Of a DNA stretch of 33,617 nucleotides, positions 17,166 through 25,467 are shown piece by piece. The stretch spans positions 1 to 33,617 of IMG/VR virus record IMGVR_UViG_3300032219_000876. One strand, given 5' to 3'. The stretch's first letter is position 1; each line of letters begins with the position of its first letter. Made by a program: the position numbers and the translations under genes. The notes under the pieces were generated by a model. It had not been told where the DNA came from. It made no database searches and worked only from the letters and a program-made list of their open reading frames with translations. The DNA comes from a virus (taxonomy: Duplodnaviria > Caudoviricetes).

Positions 17166-17531
17166 TTAGACGATTTCGGGATACTGCGTTGCCGACACGT
17201 TGATAGTCTTGAATGTGCCTGCGCCGGTAGTCTCGGCAACGGAATCGACGATGACAGCACCGCCAGACACGCCATAGGAGGTCGTGTCGTTAGCGAGAGT
17301 AAGGATGTTAGCGAGTTCGTAAGCCACGCCGCCGTTGATGACGCCATCAAGCGAGATTGTTGCCGACTTGTTGAAATAGGCTACGGCTACGGTATCGCCG
17401 AGCGCGTCCATGACGGTGGCTTTATCGCTCTGGACGGAGCGTGAGAATGAATTAAGAAGGAGACCTGTCTCTTGTTGAAGGCCAAATTCGACGCCCGAGG
17501 CGACAGTTGATGTGATTACGGTGGCTGGCAT
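17166..17531 (-). CDS. Putative major tail tube protein (121 aa)
   Basis: Thr/Ser/Gly-rich beta protein after the tail terminator and before the chaperones. Start reset to ATG 17531. Confidence 0.7.
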   Translation of the reverse strand: MPATVITSTVASGVEFGLQQETGLLLNSFSRSVQSDKATVMDALGDTVAVAYFNKSATISLDGVINGGVAYELANILTLANDTTSYGVSGGAVIVDSVAETTGAGTFKTINVSATQYPEIV

Positions 17532-17546
17532 ATAATTCGTGGAAAT

Positions 17547-17552
17547 TGTCAA
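17547..17552 (-). promoter_or_regulatory. TTGACA motif 15 nt upstream of the tail tube ATG
   Basis: TTGACA-atttccacgaattat-ATG(17531). Confidence 0.6.
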
Positions 17553-17995
17553 CTTGCAAAAAGCGCGGCGTGAACCGTGATCGTGACCGATCGCTCGAAA
17601 TGCCGCTCGTTTGACGAGAGCGAAACTGGGCCATCCCGAAGGATACCGAAAACGAAAGCGTATTGCGGACGCACGGCGTTCAGCTTGGTCTTGAGTCCGG
17701 TGATGTCGTGCGAGACGCACAGCACTTGCGACCACAAGTTTTCCATTGCCATTTGATCCATGTCGTCGGCCTGCACGATCAAAGCGATATCAACGGCGAA
17801 CTGGAAAATTGCGGAGTCGATAATGCTCTCGCGCTGACGAGTGCATTTAACGAAGCACGCTGGCAATGTCATTGTGCCGAAGTTCTCGGCGGCTGTTACC
17901 ACAAGTGCGCTCTGCATCTCTTGTTGGAGCGCGAGAACGAAGGTGTCGGTCAATGCCTTTTCAAGCGTCAGCGTGTAGGTTGCGTCGGTGATCAT
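17549..17995 (-). CDS. Putative tail terminator protein
   Basis: Size, LPACFV motif and position just before the tail tube. Confidence 0.55.
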   Translation of the reverse strand: MITDATYTLTLEKALTDTFVLALQQEMQSALVVTAAENFGTMTLPACFVKCTRQRESIIDSAIFQFAVDIALIVQADDMDQMAMENLWSQVLCVSHDITGLKTKLNAVRPQYAFVFGILRDGPVSLSSNERHFERSVTITVHAALFAS

Positions 17996-18300
17996 TTGTT
18001 AATATCTTCAAGGCTGAAATCGACAGAAACGGCATCCTGCGAAAGGTCGGCGGACGTAACGCGCAAGCGGATGCCACCGACCGTGAGGATGTCGCCCAAA
18101 GATATTGTCTGAACTACCGCCGAATAAGGCGCGGTGAGCGTCATCGATGCGGAGTTCATAAATCCGCCGTCTGCTAGGCTGTTGTCGCGGCGGTATGTTG
18201 TCCGATTGGCAACGAATGTTGCATCTCCGAACGTCACAACGACCGGCAACTCGTCCAGCATCGCGGCTAGGTCGTTAGTAAATATGTCGAGCATTCCCAC
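17992..18300 (-). CDS. Putative head-tail joining / head closure protein (gpFII-like)
   Basis: 102 aa; GDILTVGGIRLRV motif; positional. Confidence 0.6.
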   Translation of the reverse strand: MGMLDIFTNDLAAMLDELPVVVTFGDATFVANRTTYRRDNSLADGGFMNSASMTLTAPYSAVVQTISLGDILTVGGIRLRVTSADLSQDAVSVDFSLEDINK

Positions 18301-18313
18301 ATTGTGGGGAATG

Positions 18314-18319
18314 CGTCAA
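18314..18319 (-). promoter_or_regulatory. TTGACG motif 13 nt upstream of the head-closure gene GTG
   Basis: TTGACG-cattccccacaat-GTG(18300). Confidence 0.5.
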
Positions 18320-18978
18320 AACTTGCGCTCGATCCTGCGCTGATTCGGATGCGTAAAATCGTGCTTCGGGCTATCCGAAATGTGAACCCAACTTTTTCGG
18401 AGTGCAGATGATAAAATGCTTGTCGAGGTGTTGATCGTCACAACCTCGTTTGCATCTCGTATATACGCGCACATATATTCTATCGTCTCAAATTCAGCCA
18501 TGCCGTGAGCGGCCTTTCCCGCGCAAAGAACAGGCTTTCCGTTAGCGATTTGATGCGCGGCTGTAATGACATCGCGAGGGTCGATCTTTTTATCCTGGCT
18601 GTATCCAGTAGGAAAACAAAGAACCCATGACCTAAGTTCAGGCGGCGTGACTATTGCGGGAGAGTTAAGAACAATCTGCCTGTCGATATCTTTTCCTTCT
18701 GGAAGGAGTCCGTAAACGTAGTCACTCCAACTCAGCGGACTGGCGCAAAAATGTTCGTGACGATCAGGCCAGATTTGCAAGTTGATGATGCGGTCAAATC
18801 CGCTGTGATCATTTTGCGGATAGATCGGCTGGCAGTAATCGACCATCGCGAAAAGGCCGTGGTAATCAGGCAGGCACTCAAAGGTGACGTTGTGTCCCTG
18901 ATCCGCGAAATGCTTCGCGATTGGCAAGCAACGTGCGATGTCTCCGAGTCGCAAATGATAAACAATTAAGATGTTCAA
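18316..18978 (-). CDS. GT-B glycosyltransferase, GT9 (heptosyltransferase)-like
   Basis: NILIVYHLRLGDIARCLP N-terminus and IRDANEVVTINTSTSILSSAL C-terminal motif. TTG start overlapping the upstream stop. Confidence 0.7.
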   Translation of the reverse strand: MNILIVYHLRLGDIARCLPIAKHFADQGHNVTFECLPDYHGLFAMVDYCQPIYPQNDHSGFDRIINLQIWPDRHEHFCASPLSWSDYVYGLLPEGKDIDRQIVLNSPAIVTPPELRSWVLCFPTGYSQDKKIDPRDVITAAHQIANGKPVLCAGKAAHGMAEFETIEYMCAYIRDANEVVTINTSTSILSSALRKSWVHISDSPKHDFTHPNQRRIERKF

Positions 18979-19559
18979 AACGTGTAATATTGTTCCGATG
19001 ATTTCCCTGCGACCCAGCCGTGGAATCCGAACGAACGATCTGGCCCCGCCGTATTTTCCTCGATGTAATGTTCCCAAGAGAACGCCGCCGCTACGTCTAC
19101 CGGAGCGTATTTGATGCCGTTGCTTTTAAATTCCTTCTCCATTGTTCGGCATAGAAAGACATCGCCAGCTTCGCCACTCCAGAGAGACTCCGCATTCGCT
19201 GCCATCTCCAAGAATTTCATGCTCTGGAGCGTGAATCCGGTGTTGCCCACTCGATGCCCTACGTTCCAGAACGCTGGCCACGGTGCGCCGATCATATCAT
19301 ATTCAAGCCACGAATCCTTCCACAGGCGCGGATTGGCAATGAAGCCGTCATGAGTGCAGATGAGCGCGTGCGAGGTGTCGATATAGTCGGCAAAGCGGCC
19401 TAGTTCCCAATGCATAGCCTGTTGATAGTTGCAGTCCTCCGCGATGTAAACGGCGTCTCCGAATCCACCTAGCCCGCAAAGGTGGTTGAACAACTTTTCG
19501 CTTTGTTCGTGCCTCGTTTTCAATCCTTCAAATACGATTAGAGTGACGTCTTTATTCAT
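18975..19559 (-). CDS. DUF5672-like protein (putative glycosyltransferase-related)
   Basis: IDTSHALICTHDGF, WLEYDMIGAPW, VGNTGFTL, AAAFSWE and FGFHG motifs. Start at ATG 19559. Confidence 0.75.
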   Translation of the reverse strand: MNKDVTLIVFEGLKTRHEQSEKLFNHLCGLGGFGDAVYIAEDCNYQQAMHWELGRFADYIDTSHALICTHDGFIANPRLWKDSWLEYDMIGAPWPAFWNVGHRVGNTGFTLQSMKFLEMAANAESLWSGEAGDVFLCRTMEKEFKSNGIKYAPVDVAAAFSWEHYIEENTAGPDRSFGFHGWVAGKSSEQYYTF

Positions 19560-19927
19560 TTTGTTTCCTCCCATCCAGCGGCTTTGCGCCAGCGGTTTAT
19601 TGTCTCAGAATCAACGTGCGGCAAAAAGGCATCTCCAGATCGCCACATCTCTTTAAACGCCTCCCTCGCCTCGTCGCGCTCGCGCTCCAGCCTGTCCGCA
19701 TCCTGCACAGCCCTTGCCGCCATTTTCTTAGCCTCTGACACGCGCTTGTCAGCATTCTCTACTTGTAAAAGCCAATCGGCAGCAGAGGCTTTCCGAGATG
19801 CTATCGCCTCGTCGCGCTCGCGTTCTAGCCGTTTTAGAACCTTCATAGCAAGGTCTCGCTGGTCTTGCATATTATCCAAATCGACAAGAGCATGATCTTG
19901 CGTCATAAATTCTGGTGTGTTATTCAT
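19556..19927 (-). CDS. Coiled-coil protein with duplicated RLERERDEA motif
   Basis: 123-aa ORF; 27-nt near-identical repeats at 19666-19692 and 19804-19830. Confidence 0.65.
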   Translation of the reverse strand: MNNTPEFMTQDHALVDLDNMQDQRDLAMKVLKRLERERDEAIASRKASAADWLLQVENADKRVSEAKKMAARAVQDADRLERERDEAREAFKEMWRSGDAFLPHVDSETINRWRKAAGWEETK

Positions 19928-21597
19928 TTCGGGTGGAGTTCGTCGAAGATTTCTTTTGCCCTTGCATACTCCGCAGGATCGTTGCCGCGCTCGTATGTAG
20001 CATCGAGCGGACGCTCTTCAAAAAACGGGTGGTGATGAACGATGCTAATATCGCGAGCATCAACAATCGCCCCATTTTTCGCGGCACGAAAGGTGAAGTC
20101 GGTGTCGCTGTATACGTTTCTGAATCGCGGGTTGAATAGTCCATGTTGCTCATAATATTTGCGCGTCAAGATCGCCATGCAAAGTAAATCGTCTTTTCTA
20201 TATCCGTCCGAGATACGAAGCACCTGTGGTTTTGAAATGTCGAGACGCTTTTCTATCATCTCGTCCCACCCTGGGGGGCATTCCCAATCGTCCGAGAGTT
20301 GAATTATAATATCACCAGTCGCTTGCGCGGCTCCGAGATTCCAAGCTCCGACGGAAAAACCACCCTCTTTTTGCGTCACAGATCGGAATCGTTTTAGAAC
20401 GTCCGCCTTGTCGTCGTCGTGATCGACCGCAAAGATATGTTCTACGCGCTCTGGGTGCGTTGCGCGGGATAACCATAGCGTCATACATTGCACGGCCTCT
20501 ACCGGCCTTCCTCGCGTTGCGTGGACGAGTGAAATCTTGGGCTTGCTTGATCCTGCCAGCGTCTCGCGCTCGATCTCTTCGGCATCTTCGTTTCGTCCGA
20601 GAAGGCGAAGCGTCCATGCGTATAGTTGATCTCCCTTCCACCCATACCACTCCTTTCGGTGCGTCCATTGAGGGAACTTCGGTGTCGGAACTGCGAGCAT
20701 TTCTTCCACCACTTTTAACGCTTCTTGGTATTTTTTCTCATCAAGCAGAATGCTCGCTTCTAGTCCGTAGGCTTCGCGGCGTTTCGGTTCAAGCTCCTTG
20801 GCCTTTCGTGCAAGGTTGAGCGATGTCTCTCCGCTCGTAATGTTGGCGCAGTTTAAAAGGATTTCGTAGCGGTTGACGCCGTCCAGATCGGTCAAGGCTA
20901 GTGCCTCCGATCCGTATTTCGCGGCGAGTTCTTTTTTCCCGGCGATAAAGTTTTCGTAGTGCAGGTAAAACTTGAAATGCGATGTCATGCGGTCTTGGTG
21001 CATGAGAATCCTGCGGTTGCGCTCGCTGCTGTTGCGTTGTCCAACTGGCGGTGCATGGACAATCTCTAGGTCTCGGCGCATACAGACCGAAACGTCCTTC
21101 GTCGGTTGTGCGTTCTCATGCACAGGCCGATGCCACCATGCTGTTTTGTAGCGAAAGAAACGCTCGCGTGGTGCGCGTTTGCCTTGTTCGGGAATAACGT
21201 AGTCGGTCAATATCCAATCTTGCTCTGGTGGACATTCCTCAAGCGCGGCAAGCGTAGGGGCGACCATGTGCGGCTCAATAATGTCGTCGCAATCGGCCCA
21301 CATAACCCAGCCGTCTTTCCCTGCGAGTTCGTATGCCTTCGCGAATGCTTTGTTTCTAGCCTCTCCGAAGTTGTCGAGATGCTGCCAATCTGCGACCAAC
21401 GGAGAATTGAGATATTCGTCAACGTGACAACCGAGTTCCCTAGCGATGTCGAGCGTGCGATCCGGTGCGAGTGACCCGATTGCTCGAACGATAACGATCT
21501 CGTTGCAGATTTGTTTGAGTGACTTAACGCATCGCTCGATGCGCGGTTCTTCGTTGCCGCAGATAAGCCCTGCGACTAGCTTCTGTTTTTGTTTCAT
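19924..21597 (-). CDS. Multidomain glycosyltransferase: GT2 - TPR - second GT-A domain
   Basis: LICGNEEPRIERCVKS and WADCDD (DxD); TPR-like helices; then KISLVHATRGR, QLSDDW and VYSDTDF. Start reset to ATG 21597. Confidence 0.85.
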   Translation of the reverse strand: MKQKQKLVAGLICGNEEPRIERCVKSLKQICNEIVIVRAIGSLAPDRTLDIARELGCHVDEYLNSPLVADWQHLDNFGEARNKAFAKAYELAGKDGWVMWADCDDIIEPHMVAPTLAALEECPPEQDWILTDYVIPEQGKRAPRERFFRYKTAWWHRPVHENAQPTKDVSVCMRRDLEIVHAPPVGQRNSSERNRRILMHQDRMTSHFKFYLHYENFIAGKKELAAKYGSEALALTDLDGVNRYEILLNCANITSGETSLNLARKAKELEPKRREAYGLEASILLDEKKYQEALKVVEEMLAVPTPKFPQWTHRKEWYGWKGDQLYAWTLRLLGRNEDAEEIERETLAGSSKPKISLVHATRGRPVEAVQCMTLWLSRATHPERVEHIFAVDHDDDKADVLKRFRSVTQKEGGFSVGAWNLGAAQATGDIIIQLSDDWECPPGWDEMIEKRLDISKPQVLRISDGYRKDDLLCMAILTRKYYEQHGLFNPRFRNVYSDTDFTFRAAKNGAIVDARDISIVHHHPFFEERPLDATYERGNDPAEYARAKEIFDELHPK

Positions 21598-21615
21598 GTT
21601 TACACTTGATGAATA

Positions 21616-21621
21616 TGTCAA
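21616..21621 (-). promoter_or_regulatory. TTGACA motif 18 nt upstream of the glycosyltransferase ATG, directly after the capsid terminator
   Basis: TTGACA-tattcatcaagtgtaaac-ATG(21597). Confidence 0.6.
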
Positions 21622-21627
21622 CAAAAC

Positions 21628-21657
21628 AAAAAAGCCACCCCTTTCGAGGTGGCTTTT
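21628..21657 (-). terminator. Rho-independent terminator after the major capsid gene
   Basis: AAAAGCCACCTC-GAAA-GGGGTGGCTTTTTT on the minus strand. Confidence 0.85.
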
Positions 21658-21681
21658 CCGATGCGGTCTTGCTAGGGAATC

Positions 21682-22635
21682 TTAGGCGAATCCCGTGGTG
21701 ATGCGGATAATGCTGGAACCATCGATAACTTTCTCAGCCGAGTTCTGACGAACGCGGAGAACATTAGCGCGGCGAGCTTCGTCTCGGTAGGTTTCAGAGA
21801 CGAAAGGCACGGGACTATCAGCGGCCCATACAATCGTGCGACCGAATCCACCACCAGAGAAGTCTCCGCCGGAGGTTGTGGCGAGTGCGAGGTAGGTGTT
21901 GCTCCAGATGAATCCACCGGAATAGGCTTGGCCTTTTGCGGCGTTGTTCTTTGGTGCGCGGCCCACGAGAACGCGGTCGACTCCGACGGCGGCGGCAACT
22001 TCGCCTTCGCTGAGGAGACGGCTTTGATCCGAAGGAACGATGCCGAAGAACTGGTTCTGCACTTTGGCAGAGCGGCGGATGCGCTCGAACAAAGGCATGG
22101 ACATGATCAATGTGTTTGGAAGAACGCCATATTTGGCGAGTTCCAACTTGGCCGCTGCTACGTCACCAGGAACGTCGAAGCTGGTGATGTTGGCTTCTGT
22201 ATAGGCTGCTGTTGCGCTGATCGCGGTCAGACCGTTAGCGGCGAATGCTGCGGTAGCAACACGAGCCTCGTGGCTGATTTGGATTTGGCGAAGCAACATC
22301 GAAGCGATGTTCACTTCGGTGTCGAAAAAGCGGTCGAGGTCGCGGCGGTTAGAATCAGGGAGAACCTCTTCGAGACCGTATTCGATCGCGTCGAAAGAAT
22401 CGCTCGTGAACCGGCGGCTTGTGCGGGGATATCCAGCACCAGCGGCGATCTTGAGAACGTCGTCGTTGAGAGTTTCAGAATCACCGATGTTCAGCTTCAG
22501 ATACGCGCCGGACTTAACGTCGGACGAGTAAACTGGCATCACTTCGGTTCCGATGAACAAGTTGTTTTTGTTCGACAGACCTTCGTAGACGGCCTGCGCG
22601 ATATCGGCGCGGATAGTTGTGTAGGAGAGTGCCAT
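21682..22635 (-). CDS. Major capsid protein (lambda gpE-like)
   Basis: 317 aa; FIGTEVMPVY, EYGLEEVLPD and PNTLIMS motifs; follows protease and decoration genes and precedes a strong terminator. Confidence 0.85.
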   Translation of the reverse strand: MALSYTTIRADIAQAVYEGLSNKNNLFIGTEVMPVYSSDVKSGAYLKLNIGDSETLNDDVLKIAAGAGYPRTSRRFTSDSFDAIEYGLEEVLPDSNRRDLDRFFDTEVNIASMLLRQIQISHEARVATAAFAANGLTAISATAAYTEANITSFDVPGDVAAAKLELAKYGVLPNTLIMSMPLFERIRRSAKVQNQFFGIVPSDQSRLLSEGEVAAAVGVDRVLVGRAPKNNAAKGQAYSGGFIWSNTYLALATTSGGDFSGGGFGRTIVWAADSPVPFVSETYRDEARRANVLRVRQNSAEKVIDGSSIIRITTGFA

Positions 22636-22647
22636 AGTGGTATTAGA

Positions 22648-23007
22648 TTATTGGTTGAATTTAGGAACGTATTCGACAACGTCACCGGAAACGCCGCTGT
22701 TGATCGCAACTCCAAGAGTAACGGTCGATGCGTTGGCGTATGTTCCGACAACCAATCCGCTCGTAACTGCGAAGACGGTGTTACCGGCTGTCGCAATTCC
22801 GGAAAGGATTCCGAATTGGGTTGGGAAAAAAAGTTTAACGGCTCCTTGATTTCCAGCGGCGACGTCGTTCTGCACGACTCCGATGGCGTTAGAGCCGGTT
22901 GATGCCGCTTGCGCAGCGTTTGCACCCGTGATGTTCACGAGTGTGTTCGCAGTAATTGCGGAAGCGAAAGCGAAGCTTCGGATTCCGGTATCGTTTTGGG
23001 TTGCCAT
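22648..23007 (-). CDS. Capsid decoration / cement protein (DUF2190-like)
   Basis: 119 aa, Ala/Gly/Thr-rich; AIGVVQNDVAAG and LGVAINSGVSGDVVE motifs. Confidence 0.7.
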   Translation of the reverse strand: MATQNDTGIRSFAFASAITANTLVNITGANAAQAASTGSNAIGVVQNDVAAGNQGAVKLFFPTQFGILSGIATAGNTVFAVTSGLVVGTYANASTVTLGVAINSGVSGDVVEYVPKFNQ

Positions 23008-23019
23008 AAATTTGTTTGA

Positions 23020-23439
23020 TTAAAAGTTAAGTTCGTTGTTATCGCGGGCTTCGATGTAGGCTTCGCGGTGATTACGCATCGCGAATCGAATGGCCTCGGT
23101 GCGGCTGCCGAGTTCCTCGGTCTTCTGCACGATGACTGATTTGAGGTCGAATTTTTCGACTGCTTTCTCTTCAGCGATGACCGATGCCTTTACTGGAGCG
23201 GCTCCGAAGTTGCTGATGATAGAATCGAGCTTTGCTTCGAGTTTGGAAATGACGTTGAGTTCAGCGGTCATCTCTTCTTTGGCTGGCTCTGCTGCTGGCT
23301 CTTCAGCTGGAAGCATTGCTTCCATCTGAGTTTTCATCGCGCCGAAAGAGAGCTCAAGAGCTTCCATACGTTTTGCAAGTTCGGCGATTGTGACTTCTAC
23401 TTCTCCCTCGGGAGCCTCGGTTTTTTCTGGATCGGTCAT
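23020..23439 (-). CDS. Predicted nested scaffolding protein from an internal in-frame start (Met150)
   Basis: TTGACA(23454-23459)-N14-ATG at the protease/coiled-coil boundary. Confidence 0.55.
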   Translation of the reverse strand: MTDPEKTEAPEGEVEVTIAELAKRMEALELSFGAMKTQMEAMLPAEEPAAEPAKEEMTAELNVISKLEAKLDSIISNFGAAPVKASVIAEEKAVEKFDLKSVIVQKTEELGSRTEAIRFAMRNHREAYIEARDNNELNF

Positions 23440-23886
23440 TTGTTTGGAAAAACTGTCAACTTGCTTTGCCGTAAAACTGAAAAGACCTGTCGCATTTGCG
23501 GCTGGTGTTTGAACAAGGTCTGCGCTGTAAAGCTCGGTGCAACTCGCGAAGGCGAGTCCCTCAACTTCGCGGATCGGCCCTGTGAATGCGATGCTGATGC
23601 CGAACGTGTCTGGGAGTTTGCTTGAAATCTCCATCACGTAGTCGCGCATTGGCGATGTTTCGAGCAGATTGAGATCGCCCAAGAGTTGTTTCCCGACGAT
23701 GCGGAAATTGTTCACGAATCCGACAATGTCTTTGATGCCTGCGCCGTGGTCGAGATTGACCTTTACGCCGCCCTTGTAGGACTCGGCGCACTCTTTGACT
23801 TGCATCAAAGTTGTCTCGTCAACATAGAGACCGTGGCCTTTAGCCTCGCCGATTGAAATGATTGAAACTCCTTCGATGACATCCAT
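23020..23886 (-). CDS. Prohead protease - scaffold fusion
   Basis: N-domain GEAKGHG..KVNLDHG..FGISI..SADLVQTPAAN; acidic coiled-coil C-domain. Confidence 0.75.
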   Translation of the reverse strand: MDVIEGVSIISIGEAKGHGLYVDETTLMQVKECAESYKGGVKVNLDHGAGIKDIVGFVNNFRIVGKQLLGDLNLLETSPMRDYVMEISSKLPDTFGISIAFTGPIREVEGLAFASCTELYSADLVQTPAANATGLFSFTAKQVDSFSKQMTDPEKTEAPEGEVEVTIAELAKRMEALELSFGAMKTQMEAMLPAEEPAAEPAKEEMTAELNVISKLEAKLDSIISNFGAAPVKASVIAEEKAVEKFDLKSVIVQKTEELGSRTEAIRFAMRNHREAYIEARDNNELNF

Positions 23887-23899
23887 GCGAAGGCGCGGA

Positions 23900-23905
23900 T
23901 GTCAA
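23900..23905 (-). promoter_or_regulatory. TTGACA motif 13 nt upstream of the protease ATG
   Basis: TTGACA-tccgcgccttcgc-ATG(23886). Confidence 0.6.
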
Positions 23906-23908
23906 AAG

Positions 23909-24385
23909 TTAATCCGAGTATTGATTCACAATTTCATCAAGAATTTGCTGCTCAAGTGCCGACTGCACAACGGCCATGATTTGCGCCTCGTCATCTGGAG
24001 CGCATCCTACGATCTCGAATGAAGTGGATATTCTTTGTCGCGCCCTCGATGAGCACAAATACGTGCGAGTTCCTATTGCTTCCACCATCGCCAAGCAATC
24101 AATTCCGACTTCGCTGAGATTTACTCCTGTTCGACAACCTTCGACTTTAAATGACGAAGAAACTTCTAAGCTCGGAGCATGGCAAGTGATTCGGATTTTA
24201 TTTCCGCGAACACTAACGATAGTGTCTTTGCGTAATCTCTCCCCTCCACCACCACCAGGAAGATCGATTGGGTTGATTGGAACAGGCGGAACGACCGAAA
24301 TAAACAGCAATCCTTGAACGCCGATAGATAACGGCGTTGGGCTTGGAATTAAGCCCTGCGTTGCGATTAGCAGGGAGGCGAGCAT
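23909..24385 (-). CDS. Hypothetical protein in the head module
   Basis: 158 aa; repeated IATQGL / IGVQGL motif followed by a Pro/Gly linker. Confidence 0.6.
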   Translation of the reverse strand: MLASLLIATQGLIPSPTPLSIGVQGLLFISVVPPVPINPIDLPGGGGGERLRKDTIVSVRGNKIRITCHAPSLEVSSSFKVEGCRTGVNLSEVGIDCLAMVEAIGTRTYLCSSRARQRISTSFEIVGCAPDDEAQIMAVVQSALEQQILDEIVNQYSD

Positions 24386-24389
24386 ACGC

Positions 24390-25037
24390 TTAGACTCTCG
24401 TTACTACGGTGTTTGTGGTTCCGTCGCCGGTGATCGATTGAGTGATCGCGCCCGATGTTCTGCTCGTCGGAGTGACCGTGAGCGCGTTTGCGATATCGAG
24501 TCCGTGGATTGCGTGAACCTCGGTTATCTCCGTGAGTTCTGGCGTGAGTTCCGTTCGCATCGCGTCTGTAAAAAGCGTGACTGCGCTTGTGGCGAAGGCC
24601 GCAGACTCAATGACGGCGGCTTGAAATTGATGAACATTGGCTGCTGCGTGATTTTGCGCATTAATTTGCAATTCGACGTTTGCGTTGGTCGCACGCACGA
24701 TCCTTCCGCCGTATGTCCCGGATGTTGTATGGTTGGACATCAACTCGTCCCAGACGGCGATTGCCGTTCCTGCGGTTGTTGCAGTGGAGAGGTCGTTGAT
24801 TAGAATCTCGGCACTGCCATTCCACGCAATCGAGCCGCTGGCAATAGGAGTTGTTGAATTATAGAAAGCAACCTGATATGTCCCTGCCGTGATCGCTGGC
24901 ATATTGCCCGAATAAAAACGAGTTGTTCCAATCTCAGCGCAAGTTATCGCCGACCCAACCGTGATTCCAGAGTTAAAGAGTTGAGCCGTTATCGTGAGAC
25001 CTGTTGCCGGTTGTGCTGTATTTAATTCGTTTGCCAT
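24390..25037 (-). CDS. Putative virion structural protein
   Basis: 215 aa, Thr/Ala-rich; AVWDELMSNHTTSGTYG motif. Confidence 0.6.
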   Translation of the reverse strand: MANELNTAQPATGLTITAQLFNSGITVGSAITCAEIGTTRFYSGNMPAITAGTYQVAFYNSTTPIASGSIAWNGSAEILINDLSTATTAGTAIAVWDELMSNHTTSGTYGGRIVRATNANVELQINAQNHAAANVHQFQAAVIESAAFATSAVTLFTDAMRTELTPELTEITEVHAIHGLDIANALTVTPTSRTSGAITQSITGDGTTNTVVTRV

Positions 25038-25041
25038 ATAT

Positions 25042-25467
25042 TTAGGAGTTCAATATTGCGATCGCTTCTTGCGTTGTTTCTGTAAATCCAAATGGGGCAT
25101 TTGTCCAATCGCTTCGCGGCGACTGATCTGCCGCGTATGCGGCGATCATCCCATCCGTCCAACCCTTAACTGCCGTCAACTTTGGCGAGGATTTGCCTAC
25201 TGAAATTAGTTGTCCGCTCAAATCAAGAAGCGTCACAAGCCCCGTTGAATTGTATCCTTCCTGGTTCAACCATTCTTCTGCTGTCCACGAAGGCGGCGGT
25301 GGAATTACCCATTGACCATTATCCCATATCGCATTAGGCGATGGTTTTGGGGGAGCCTCAATCCATTCTTGCAATTTCGGATTGTTTGATTCTTCCCAAG
25401 TGTCGATCAAAGATTGCGCCAAATCACGAAGATCGGAAGGATTTGTTCGATTGTAATAATTAGGCAT
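25042..25467 (-). CDS. Hypothetical protein, possible fiber assembly chaperone
   Basis: PPKPSPNAIWDNGQWVIP motif; directly after the lectin gene. Confidence 0.5.
   Translation of the reverse strand: MPNYYNRTNPSDLRDLAQSLIDTWEESNNPKLQEWIEAPPKPSPNAIWDNGQWVIPPPPSWTAEEWLNQEGYNSTGLVTLLDLSGQLISVGKSSPKLTAVKGWTDGMIAAYAADQSPRSDWTNAPFGFTETTQEAIAILNS

Noticed and set aside
17532-17735. N-terminal extension of the tail tube ORF given in the track
   Set aside because: It overlaps the tail terminator gene in another frame; ATG 17531 with its upstream motif is the more plausible start
21928-22902. 324-aa plus-strand ORF, and many other plus-strand ORFs in the track
   Set aside because: Antisense shadows of well-supported minus-strand genes (here the capsid and decoration genes), with no recognisable motifs
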